Shown here: piece after piece, positions 24,607 through 32,587 of the stretch
Layout of the letters: each line of letters opens with the position of its first letter
How positions within the stretch are numbered: position 1 is the stretch's first letter
Source of the DNA: an uncultured bacterium
GTDB lineage: Bacteria > Oederibacteriota > Muellerivitia > Muellerivitales > Muellerivitaceae
NCBI GenBank assembly: GCA_964560635.1
Contig: CAZLND010000001.1
Location: 1-35,718, forward strand
Reading direction: 5' to 3'
DNA length: 35,718 bases
Made by a program: the position numbers and the translations under genes
Notes under the pieces: generated by a model
Seen by the model: the letters and a program-made list of their open reading frames with translations, nothing else
Told to the model about the DNA's origin: nothing
The model's database searches: none

Positions 24607-25641
24607 CTACTTTTTCTTTTTTGAGAGCTTTTTGTAATAGGCTCCCATACGCTTCCAGCATTCGCGGGTACGCTCGCTGGCGAGAAGGGAATAGGATTCG
24701 CAGGCCATATATCCCCAGGCCGCGATGTTCTTGACGCCGGCCTTTTCCCACATTTCCAGGGCTTGGGTGATGTCCTTCTCGTGCGCTTTGGCCAGACCGA
24801 AAAGCTGGATCCAGCCCTGAGCTTCCTTCTTGTGACGCTTGGCGATGTCGGCAATGCGACCGGCAAACTTGTCCACGAAACCTTCCAGGGGCACGCGAGG
24901 GCCGGTGGCGAAGGGGCGCTGTTTCCAATAGGGGTCGGTGGCCAATATCTCCACACCGGGCAATTTGGCCAGGTTCTCCCACATGGGATTGGGCCAGCGG
25001 TCGTCATTGGGAAGCAAGCAGATGGCGTTCCTCAGTTTGGGGTTCACCTTCTTGGTGGTGCTAGTGGCGAAGGCGAGGAACTCGACCAGGGTTTCGTCAC
25101 GGAATACTTCGATCTCGTCGGTCCAGACCGTGGGATAGGTTTTGCCGAACCTCTTTTGGAAATCAACCTGGCAGACGCTACAGCGACAGGCGAACTCGTC
25201 CTTCTTCGTGACCCGCTCGTTCCATTCGGCGATCCAGAGATGCGGCTCGTCCCAAAAAAGAACGTCCCCCCCGGCGTAATTACAGGCTTCGATCCAGCTC
25301 TTGATATAGTCGCGGAATTTCGGGTGCCGCAGGCAGGCGTTGCCCACGACCTCGCCGGTGGAGAGCACCTGCAAGGCGTCGGGGTGCATCATGACGAAAC
25401 GGGAATAGCATTCCCCCCCGAAAACCCCGCCGATGGCCCAGGGGCTGTAATAGACCTCCAGACCCAGCTTGTGGGTCATGGCGGTGATGCGTTTCATGTT
25501 GTCCAGGTTGTAGTAAAGGTCCAGTTCGTCGAAGGTGTGCAGGACGAAAGTGCATTTCTGCTTTTTGATCTCTTTGAGGTCCTTCAAAGCGTGGGGAAGG
25601 ATGCGGGTGGAGAAGTAACTGGTGCCGAGCTTGTAAGCCAT
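24607..25641 (-). CDS. Cytoplasmic TIM-barrel glycoside-hydrolase-like protein, GH42-like catalytic domain only (tentative)
   Basis: Alternating beta/alpha pattern. NACLRHPKFRDY plus CRCSVCQVDFQKRF resemble the C...CxCxxC zinc cluster and the following F..(W/R)(L/F) that I recall from GH42 beta-galactosidases. WDEPH is a candidate acid/base strand. Start is ATG 25641 or TTG 25671. Confidence 0.6.
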   Translation of the reverse strand: MAYKLGTSYFSTRILPHALKDLKEIKKQKCTFVLHTFDELDLYYNLDNMKRITAMTHKLGLEVYYSPWAIGGVFGGECYSRFVMMHPDALQVLSTGEVVGNACLRHPKFRDYIKSWIEACNYAGGDVLFWDEPHLWIAEWNERVTKKDEFACRCSVCQVDFQKRFGKTYPTVWTDEIEVFRDETLVEFLAFATSTTKKVNPKLRNAICLLPNDDRWPNPMWENLAKLPGVEILATDPYWKQRPFATGPRVPLEGFVDKFAGRIADIAKRHKKEAQGWIQLFGLAKAHEKDITQALEMWEKAGVKNIAAWGYMACESYSLLASERTRECWKRMGAYYKKLSKKKK

Positions 25642-25933
25642 GAGGACCTTGCCTTTGGAAGTGTTGGGCAACGGGTGTCATCCTAACCCGTCATGAAAGA
25701 ATAAAAAAGCAGGCATTTATCCGCCTACGCAGCGAATTTGGGGTTTTTGAGTGGAAGGGAAAATGCGATTTCTGCTTCGGTGGACGTCGCCAAGTAAAGG
25801 TGCGGATAATCCCCCGAAGCCTTGGCGCAGGGGGATAAAGGGAAACAAGGAGCCATTTTTAAGGCTCCAGTAGGGAAAATGTCGATTAAAGGTTCCCAAA
25901 AGGCGGCCGTTAGGAGCGTCGAGGAAGAAAACC

Positions 25934-26344
25934 ATGAACGACATCACGAGCAATCTCAGCTTTCCAGCTTTCTCTGGCAATTCCCGGGACAAGGTCCCGT
26001 CGGATAACTATGACTCGAATTTGAAGATCTTCGAGGAAATGGTGGATCACATCGTGGCGAAACGATTGAAGGATTCGAAAGCCGAAGCTCAGGCCGCCCT
26101 CGAGAAGGCCAAGTTGGAAGCGGAACGCCAAGCGAAGATCGCTTTTCTCAGGGGAGCGGTCCTTCAAGCGGAAGCGGCCCTCGCGGGGGTGAGTTCTCCC
26201 CCCGCGAGCCGGTCCATCGATCCTTTAGGCGCCCCCACTCCCGCGCCCGCGGATGACCGCGCCTTCAAGGAATCCCAAGTCCTTTATTGGAAAGCCAAGC
26301 TCACCGAAGTGGGCGTTCCTGACGGCATGGGTGGACTGGTTTAA
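25934..26344 (+). CDS. Hypothetical protein (136 aa, coiled-coil centre)
   Basis: GAGGAAGAAAACC upstream of the ATG, coding-like third positions, no recognisable family. Confidence 0.6.
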   Translation: MNDITSNLSFPAFSGNSRDKVPSDNYDSNLKIFEEMVDHIVAKRLKDSKAEAQAALEKAKLEAERQAKIAFLRGAVLQAEAALAGVSSPPASRSIDPLGAPTPAPADDRAFKESQVLYWKAKLTEVGVPDGMGGLV

Positions 26345-26348
26345 AAAA

Positions 26349-26428
26349 GTCGTCATTCTGAGGCGTTCTTTGCCGAAGAATCTCTGTTTAAGAAAACAAA
26401 GATCCTTCGCTTCACTCAGGATGACAGC
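26349..26428. repeat. 80-bp composite palindromic element between convergent genes
   Basis: Outer stem GTCGTCATTCTGAG / CTCAGGATGACAGC and inner stem GCCGAAGAATC / GATCCTTCGC, paired by hand. It shares the GTCATYNNGAG end motif with the element at 23015-23169. Confidence 0.65.
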
Positions 26429-26435
26429 GTAGTTC

Positions 26436-27044
26436 TTAGTGTTTGTCTTTTCCCCAGATCTTATCCAAATACTCGTCCCGGCCTGACAGGGAATGGTAGA
26501 GCCCATAATGGGTCGGGTTCTTCTGGTAGTAGTCCTGGTGATATTCCTCCGCCGCGAAGAAATTCACGTACTTCTTGATAGGCACCACGATGGGTTTGTC
26601 GTAGCGGCCCGACTTGTCCAGGTCCTTCCGTGACTTTTCGGCGATCTTCTTTTGGGGATCATTGTGGTAAAAAATGGCCGCGCGGTAATGGGGCCCCCGG
26701 TCCACGAACTGGCCGTTAGGATCGGTGGGGTTGATCTGCTTCCAGAAAACATCCACCAGTTTGGCATAGGTGATTTTGGAGGAGTCATAACTGATCTGGA
26801 CGCCCTCCGTATAACCCTTGTCCCCGTAGTCCTCATAGGTGGGGCTGGGTCCGGTCCCGTCCGTATATCCCGCCGTGACCTTCAAAACCCCTTTCAATTT
26901 CTCGAAGGGAGGGGTCATGCACCAAAAGCATCCGCCCGCGAAAGTGGCGGTCTCGATCTTGGGGCGGCCCTGGGCCCAGACAGAACCCAGTACCAACATG
27001 GATAGGGATAGGAGAAGAAGGGATTTGTGGATGAGATTATTCAT
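26436..27044 (-). CDS. msrA: Peptide-methionine (S)-S-oxide reductase MsrA, exported form
   Basis: Signal peptide, then ATFAGGCFWCMTPPFEKLKGV (GCFWC active site), GYTEGVQISYD and HQDYY. AAGGAG lies 6 nt upstream. Confidence 0.9.
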   Translation of the reverse strand: MNNLIHKSLLLLSLSMLVLGSVWAQGRPKIETATFAGGCFWCMTPPFEKLKGVLKVTAGYTDGTGPSPTYEDYGDKGYTEGVQISYDSSKITYAKLVDVFWKQINPTDPNGQFVDRGPHYRAAIFYHNDPQKKIAEKSRKDLDKSGRYDKPIVVPIKKYVNFFAAEEYHQDYYQKNPTHYGLYHSLSGRDEYLDKIWGKDKH

Positions 27045-27113
27045 GGCGAACTCCTTAGTTTAGCTTCGAATAGATATACGAACCCGCTGTTGGTTTGTTA
27101 CATGGCCCCAAAT

Positions 27114-27143
27114 AAAAAAGCCCGGGTTTTGCCCGGGCTTTTT
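27114..27143 (-). terminator. Rho-independent terminator, symmetric (A-run / T-run on both sides)
   Basis: The minus strand reads GCCCGGG-caaaa-CCCGGGC followed by TTTTTT, about 20 nt downstream of the stop at 27164. Confidence 0.75.
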
Positions 27144-27163
27144 AAATGGTTGGCGATTTTGGC

Positions 27164-28348
27164 TCAGAAGAAGGTCAAGCCTAACCCAACGTCGAAGCCC
27201 GTGTAATCCAGGGTGGCGAAATTCTCACCCCCGCCAATGTTCCCCACGTTATCCAAGTGGACCGAGCCGTCCGAGAATTTCATCAAGCCCATCGTGGCTT
27301 GGTCGCCGTTGTTATTGGTGACCGTGCCCTTTAATTCCGTGATACGGGCATATCGGCCACGGGCGAAGAGCTCCAGTCCCAAATGGTCGCTGATAGCGAA
27401 TTCCCGGCCGACCCCCAGTTGGAAACCAACAGTCCCGCCATAGACGTCTCCGATGAGATCGTCGGTGGCGGGACCGCCACTGAGGATATCGTAACTATAA
27501 TTATCCTCCCCATGGACCATGCTGGCGTAATAGCCAACGCCCCCGGTGATGAAGAAGCGTCCGCCCTTATCGGGTAGGAAAAAGTAATAATCCAAGGTGA
27601 TGGGCAATAAATAAGGCTGGAAGTTTTCATCCTCGAAGTCGCCTCCGTTATGGAGGTTCAAGTTGGACGTATAGGCGGTGGTTTGGACATAGCGGACGCC
27701 CAACGCGATGCCGTTATTGGGGTCCAAGAGAAAACCTAATTCGGCGCCGGCCATGATGCCGCTGTTGTCGGCCTTGGCCAATCCAGTCGCGACCCCGTCC
27801 GCCGCGATCTGGCCGTTGATGGTAGTGGCGCTGCTGAAAAGATCGCCCAGTGCGGCGTAATTGTAGCCGAGCTCGAACTTGGTCCAGATCCTAGCGTGGT
27901 CCATGAGGGGAAGGCCGTCCGCATAGGGGGTTGGTCTGGGCCGGATCCGCTGCTGCACCACAACCGTATTGGTTTGTCCCCCCTGGTCATAGGCCGGTTG
28001 GTTGGTGGAAGCGACAGGCGCACCGTTGGGATTGCCTCCTAGGTTGGTGATGGCATCGCGCACGGTCTGGTTATTGGGGTTCCCTTGAAGGCTATGTTGG
28101 TAAGCGTCGATGGCGTTCTGATTTTGGTTCGTCTGGGCGTAGGCGTTACCCAGGTCCTCATAAGCTTGCCAGTTGCTGGAGTCGGCTTGAACGGCACTTT
28201 GGAAATAATCGATGGATTTGGCGTAAAGCCCCTTATTGAAAAGGGCCAGGCCTTGGTCCTCATAGTCCTTGGAAACGGATGTCGCCGCGCCGCTAAGGGC
28301 GGGGACGAAAAGGGTCGTCAGCAAAAGGAAGGCTAAATATTTTCTCAT
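27164..28348 (-). CDS. Outer-membrane protein: N-terminal TPR module, Asn/Gln/Pro-rich linker, C-terminal beta-barrel
   Basis: Real start is MRKYLAFLLLTTLFVPALSGA at 28348 (AAGGAG upstream). TPR-like YEDQGLALFNKGLYAKSIDYFQSAVQADSSNWQAYEDLGNAYAQ. The C-terminal half has alternating-hydrophobic strands and ends GFDVGLGLTFF (terminal Phe). Confidence 0.8.
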   Translation of the reverse strand: MRKYLAFLLLTTLFVPALSGAATSVSKDYEDQGLALFNKGLYAKSIDYFQSAVQADSSNWQAYEDLGNAYAQTNQNQNAIDAYQHSLQGNPNNQTVRDAITNLGGNPNGAPVASTNQPAYDQGGQTNTVVVQQRIRPRPTPYADGLPLMDHARIWTKFELGYNYAALGDLFSSATTINGQIAADGVATGLAKADNSGIMAGAELGFLLDPNNGIALGVRYVQTTAYTSNLNLHNGGDFEDENFQPYLLPITLDYYFFLPDKGGRFFITGGVGYYASMVHGEDNYSYDILSGGPATDDLIGDVYGGTVGFQLGVGREFAISDHLGLELFARGRYARITELKGTVTNNNGDQATMGLMKFSDGSVHLDNVGNIGGGENFATLDYTGFDVGLGLTFF

Positions 28349-28441
28349 GACGCAGGCTCCTTGTAATTTGGTAGGCACTAGTTTTGACGACCGAGAGTCA
28401 AAAAACGTTACGTCCAACGCGGAAAACCCCATTAATAAGAC

Positions 28442-29881
28442 TTATTTAGGCTTCGGTTCGGAGTTGATGACCAATAACCGGGGCTCTGTGTATTCTTCCA
28501 TGGCGTATTTAACCCCCTCACGGCCGAAGCCCGAATCCTTGACCCCGCCGTAAGGCATGGCATCCGCCCTCCAAGTGGGGACCTCGTTAATTAGTATGGC
28601 TCCCATCTCCAGGGTTTCAAAGGCCAGTTGAATTTTATTTTGGTCATTGGTGAAAACCCCCGCCTGAAGGCCATAGGGGCCGTCATTTATCATTTCGAGA
28701 GCTTTCGCGAAATCCGAATAATGTTCCAGGGTCACCACCGGCCCGAAGACTTCCTCGCACGATATTTTCATGTCGGGTTTGACACCGGTCAGTAGGGTTG
28801 GCTCATAGAAGGAACCGTTACGTTTGCCGCCGCAAAGGACCTTGGCCCCGCCGACCACCGCCTCGTTCACCCAGCTTTCCACCCGCTTGGCGGCTTCCTC
28901 TGAGATCATGGGTCCCACTTCCGTTTCCGGTTTCGAAGGGTCTCCCGAGACCAGGGATCTTGTTCGGGCAACGAGGGCATCGGTGAAGGTTTGGAATATT
29001 TTTTGGTGGGCGAAAACCCGCTGGACCGAGATGCAGGTCTGGCCCGCGTAACCGAATCCCCCGGCCGCGACCCGTTTGACCGCCAAGTCCAAGAGCGCGT
29101 CGGGTTCCAATATCACCGCGGCATTGCCGCCCAATTCCAGTACCACCTTTTTCTTCGGGGCCAACGCTTTCAACTTCCAGCCCACCGCCGCGCTCCCTGT
29201 AAAAGAAAAGACCTTGATACGGGGGTCGGCTACCAATTTTTCAGTGTCGGCGTTCTCGGCGGGGAAGACCGCGAAACGGACGGGGCCCAGGCCGGATTCC
29301 AAAAGCACGTGGGCCAAAAGAAGAGCGGTCAGCGGGGTCTTGGGCGAAGGCTTCAGGATAAAGGGACAACCGCAGGCGATGGCGGGGGCTACCTTGTGGG
29401 CCACGAGGTTCAGCGGGAAGTTGAAGGGCGTCACCGCGAAAAGAGGGCCAGAGGGAAAACGGCGAAGGGTACCCTGACGGGGTTCGGTTCCGGGGGCGGA
29501 GTCCAGGGAAAGGGATTCCCCCTCGGCTTTGCGGGCTTCCGCTGCGGCCAGTTCGAAAACAGCCGCGGCTCTTTTGACTTCCCGCAAGGCGTCGGTCACG
29601 GGCTTGCCCGCTTCCTTGACGATGAGTTTGGCGAAGTCCTGAGCCCGCTCGGTAAGCTTTCGGGCCACGGCCGCGCAAACTTCCGCGCGTTGGGAAGCGG
29701 GGATCAAGGGAACCCTTTTGAATGAGGCTGAAAGTTGGACGAGGGCCCGTTCGATATGAGCGGGTTCGGCTAAGAAGGTTTGGCCAAAGACCTGGCCCGT
29801 AAGGGGGTCCACGACGGGAAGGGGTTTTGAGGTTTCGACCCATTCTCCAGCGATGAATATCTTTTGGGAAGAGAGAGCCAT
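28442..29881 (-). CDS. NAD(P)+-dependent aldehyde dehydrogenase
   Basis: ALDH motifs FTGSAAVGWKL, VVLELGGNAAVIL, GYAGQTCISVQRVFAH (catalytic Cys) and EEVFGPVV. ATG 29881 is preceded by GAGGTG. Confidence 0.9.
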   Translation of the reverse strand: MALSSQKIFIAGEWVETSKPLPVVDPLTGQVFGQTFLAEPAHIERALVQLSASFKRVPLIPASQRAEVCAAVARKLTERAQDFAKLIVKEAGKPVTDALREVKRAAAVFELAAAEARKAEGESLSLDSAPGTEPRQGTLRRFPSGPLFAVTPFNFPLNLVAHKVAPAIACGCPFILKPSPKTPLTALLLAHVLLESGLGPVRFAVFPAENADTEKLVADPRIKVFSFTGSAAVGWKLKALAPKKKVVLELGGNAAVILEPDALLDLAVKRVAAGGFGYAGQTCISVQRVFAHQKIFQTFTDALVARTRSLVSGDPSKPETEVGPMISEEAAKRVESWVNEAVVGGAKVLCGGKRNGSFYEPTLLTGVKPDMKISCEEVFGPVVTLEHYSDFAKALEMINDGPYGLQAGVFTNDQNKIQLAFETLEMGAILINEVPTWRADAMPYGGVKDSGFGREGVKYAMEEYTEPRLLVINSEPKPK

Positions 29882-29902
29882 GATCACCTCAAGAGAGGCC
29901 GT

Positions 29903-29996
29903 GAAACTATGATGAATTAGATAGATGAGATAATAGAAGCGAGTCTTTAACGACTTTTTATGCCGTTATCTATTTCATCTCGTTCATCATAGTTCC
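29903..29996. repeat. AT-rich long imperfect palindrome (~34-nt arms) immediately upstream of the ALDH start
   Basis: GAAACTATGATGAATTAGATAGATGAGATAATAG against the reverse complement of CCGTTATCTATTTCATCTCGTTCATCATAGTTCC. The outer 14 bp are nearly perfect. Confidence 0.6.
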
Positions 29997-30018
29997 AACG
30001 GGTTAGGTTTTATCGTGG

Positions 30019-30246
30019 TTAAGATTGGGGAGGAGCTAGAACTTCTTTGAAATCTTGCAGGATGGCGGTTTTGACCACGGGGATCAGATCCTCATGGGGC
30101 CGATTCTGGTAATCCATATAATCGTCGAACTCGCCCACGACCACGCCCTCGGCCACGGTGAATTGGATGCCCTTTTTCTCGGGGGCCGGGAATTCCGTGT
30201 ACTCGTACGGGGTGGCGTCATTAGGGTTGGCGAATGAGCTTCTCAT
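30019..30246 (-). CDS. Hypothetical small acidic protein (75 aa)
   Basis: Strong C/G third-position bias across the ORF; no obvious Shine-Dalgarno; no family recognised. Confidence 0.55.
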   Translation of the reverse strand: MRSSFANPNDATPYEYTEFPAPEKKGIQFTVAEGVVVGEFDDYMDYQNRPHEDLIPVVKTAILQDFKEVLAPPQS

Positions 30247-30298
30247 AAGGGCATTTTAGCCCAGCCAAAATGAATTGGGAACCTTTAAAAACGAAAGG

Positions 30299-30405
30299 CA
30301 TTTGAACCACAAAGACACAAAGGGCACCAAGAACAGCGAAAGGCACTTGTTTTTAAAACCTAGGACAATCCTTTTTTGCCTTTCTTAGTACCCTTTGTGT
30401 CGTTC
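30299..30405. repeat. Palindromic repeat element, copy 1 of a two-copy family flanking the ACAD gene
   Basis: CATTTGAACCACAAAGACACAAAGGGCACCAAGAACAGCGAAAGGCA ... TGCCTTTCTTAGTACCCTTTGTGTCGTTC. The left arm matches copy 2 at about 40 of 46 positions by eye. Confidence 0.7.
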
Positions 30406-30582
30406 CCTTTGGGAGCACCAGAACCCTGATTTACCCAAAGGGTTGGTTCAATGGGGTTACTAGAAACTCCTATACCTAAAGCCTTAAAATAGGACGGGCG
30501 TCATAGAGGGACGGACTCTTCCGCCCTAGCCTGGAAGTGTTGGAAGACTATCTAACCGACTATTTCACTTGAAAGGCCAACC

Positions 30583-32478
30583 ATGAGCGTCTCCGATACG
30601 GCAAAACACCTGACCGAGAAGGAAAAAGAATCCCTGGATGTGGCCGAGGGGGCACGGGAAACCGAATGGACCCAGCCTTCTTTCGTGGCCGAACTTTTCA
30701 TGGGCCGCTTCCGCACCGACCTGATCTCCCCCTATCCCCTCCAGTCGCCTGAGGACAAGGCCATTGGGGACGAGTTCATGGGCCGCCTGGAGTCCTTCCT
30801 CAAAGATAATCTGGACCCGGATGAGGTAGACAAGACCGGGGACCTTCCTAAAAAGGTCATCGACGGATTGGCCAAGCTAGGCTGTTGGGGTATGAAGATC
30901 CCCAAGGAATACGGCGGCTTGGGACTTTCCCAGATCAACTACAACCGCGCCGTGGCTTTAGTGGCTTCCTATTGCGGTTCCACGGCCGTGTGGCTTTCGG
31001 CCCATCAGTCCATCGGCGTTCCCCAACCCCTGAAACTTTTCGGCAATGAAGCCCAGAAGAAGAAATATTTCCCCATGTTCGCCAAGGGAGCCATCTCGGC
31101 CTTCGCCCTGACCGAACCCGGGGTGGGGTCCGACCCCGCCCAGATGACCACCACCGCCGAACCCTCGAGCGACGGCAAGACCTGGACCATCAACGGCACC
31201 AAGCTTTGGTGCACTAACGGCCTAGTGGCCGACGTCATATGCGTCATGGCTCGCACGCCTTCCAAGATGGTGAACGGCAAGGAAAAGAAACAGATCACTG
31301 CCTTCATCGTGGAAAAGGGGACCAAGGGCATCGAGTATGTCAGCCGTTGTGACTTCATGGGCATCCGCGCCATCCAGAACGGCGTCATCAAGTTCAACAA
31401 TGTGAAGGTCCCTTCTGAGAACATCCTTTGGGGCGAGGGGTTGGGGTTGAAGCTGGCCCTTATTACCTTGAACACCGGGCGTCTCACCCTGCCCGCGGCC
31501 TCCGCCGGCATGAGCAAGCAGGCCCTGCAGATCTCCAAAGTTTGGGGAAAAGAGCGGGTCCAATGGGGCCAGCCCATCGGCAAACACGAACCGGGCGCGG
31601 TGAAGATCGCCAATATGGCGGGTTCCACCTTTGCTCAGGAAGCGGCCACCTATTACACCTCCGCCTTGGTCGATCGGGGTGGCGCGGACATCCGGTTGGA
31701 AGCGGCGATGGCCAAGCTCTTTTGTAGTGTGGCTTCTTGGCGCATTGTGGATGACCTGATGCAATTGCGCGGCGGTCGTGGTTACGAAACCGCCCAGTCC
31801 CTACGTACCCGCGGGGAGAAGGGTTACGCGGTGGAACGCATGATGCGCGATTCGCGCATCAACCGAATCATCGAGGGGACGGACGAGATCCAACATCTTT
31901 TCATCGCAAGGGAAGCTCTGGACAAACATATGAGGCTGGCCGGTGACTTGCTCAATCCCAAGGCCCCGATGAGCCGCAAGATGAACGCTTTGGTGAAATG
32001 CGCCCTTTTTTATCCTTTCTGGTACCTGCGGATGTGGCTGCCCACGGGTTGCTGGCCCCGATTCGCCGGATACGGTTCCCTCGGTAAGCACATGCGCTTC
32101 GTGGAAAGGTCCTCCCGCAAGTTGGCACGCACCTTGTTCCACCAGATGGTCAAGTTCGGCCCCAAACTGGAGCGCCGCCAGATGATCCTGGCCCGATTGG
32201 TCGAGGTGGGCACGGAACTGTTCGCCATGGCCACTTCCTGTACCAAGGCCATCGAGTTGGAAAAGCAGGATCCGAGTGAAAAGGGACCCCGCGAATTGGC
32301 GGACCTCTTCTGCCGTCAGGCCAAGATCCGTATCTATAGTTACTTTTGTGGCGTTTGCTGGAACACCGACGTGGCGGATTCTAAAGCGGCCGCCAAGGTC
32401 CTGGACCACCAATATGAATGGTTGGAAAAGGGGATCATCGTGGACGACGGGATGGGCTTCAAAGGCTCAAAGAAATAA
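30583..32478 (+). CDS. Acyl-CoA dehydrogenase, VLCAD/ACAD9-type with C-terminal extension
   Basis: 631 aa. SFVAELFMGRFRTDLISPYP, AFALTEPGVGSDPAQM, WCTNG, RIIEGTDEIQ and a ~180-aa helical C-terminal extension follow the architecture of very-long-chain acyl-CoA dehydrogenase. Confidence 0.9.
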   Translation: MSVSDTAKHLTEKEKESLDVAEGARETEWTQPSFVAELFMGRFRTDLISPYPLQSPEDKAIGDEFMGRLESFLKDNLDPDEVDKTGDLPKKVIDGLAKLGCWGMKIPKEYGGLGLSQINYNRAVALVASYCGSTAVWLSAHQSIGVPQPLKLFGNEAQKKKYFPMFAKGAISAFALTEPGVGSDPAQMTTTAEPSSDGKTWTINGTKLWCTNGLVADVICVMARTPSKMVNGKEKKQITAFIVEKGTKGIEYVSRCDFMGIRAIQNGVIKFNNVKVPSENILWGEGLGLKLALITLNTGRLTLPAASAGMSKQALQISKVWGKERVQWGQPIGKHEPGAVKIANMAGSTFAQEAATYYTSALVDRGGADIRLEAAMAKLFCSVASWRIVDDLMQLRGGRGYETAQSLRTRGEKGYAVERMMRDSRINRIIEGTDEIQHLFIAREALDKHMRLAGDLLNPKAPMSRKMNALVKCALFYPFWYLRMWLPTGCWPRFAGYGSLGKHMRFVERSSRKLARTLFHQMVKFGPKLERRQMILARLVEVGTELFAMATSCTKAIELEKQDPSEKGPRELADLFCRQAKIRIYSYFCGVCWNTDVADSKAAAKVLDHQYEWLEKGIIVDDGMGFKGSKK

Positions 32479-32481
32479 CCC

Positions 32482-32577
32482 CATTTGAACCACGAAGGCA
32501 CTAAGGTCACAAAGAACAGCGAAAAGGAAAACTTTTGATTACGTCTTTCTTAGTGCCTTCGTGTCTTTGTGGTTCAA
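32482..32577. repeat. Palindromic repeat element, copy 2 (starts 4 nt after the ACAD stop)
   Basis: CATTTGAACCACGAAGGCACTAAGGTCACAAAGAACAGCGAAAAGGA ... TTCTTAGTGCCTTCGTGTCTTTGTGGTTCAA. About a 29-bp stem with one bulge and a few G-U pairs. Confidence 0.7.
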
Positions 32578-32587
32578 GAGGTTTTTT

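Noticed and set aside
24581-25686. The 134-aa N-terminal extension of ORF 23867..24982(-), and ORFs 24763..25686(+), 24573..25007(-) and 25280..25681(-).
   Set aside because: The extension overlaps the GH42-like gene in another frame and is Arg/Pro/Gly-rich, while a proper signal peptide begins at 24580. The other ORFs are antisense or off-frame shadows of the GH42-like gene.
28798-29843. ORFs 28991..29725(+), 29076..29477(+), 29241..29843(-), 28824..29051(+).
   Set aside because: They are shadows of the aldehyde dehydrogenase gene, whose frame carries the full set of ALDH motifs.
30732-32488. ORFs 31005..31628(-), 31222..31764(-), 31801..32412(-), 31428..31727(+), 32276..32488(+).
   Set aside because: They are antisense or off-frame within the acyl-CoA dehydrogenase gene.
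32561-32587. GTG 32561 as the GNAT start.
   Set aside because: It would place the first 9 codons inside the right arm of the palindromic repeat, with no Shine-Dalgarno. TTG 32588 has AAGAGG 6 nt upstream and gives a typical GNAT N-terminus. I have not fully excluded it.
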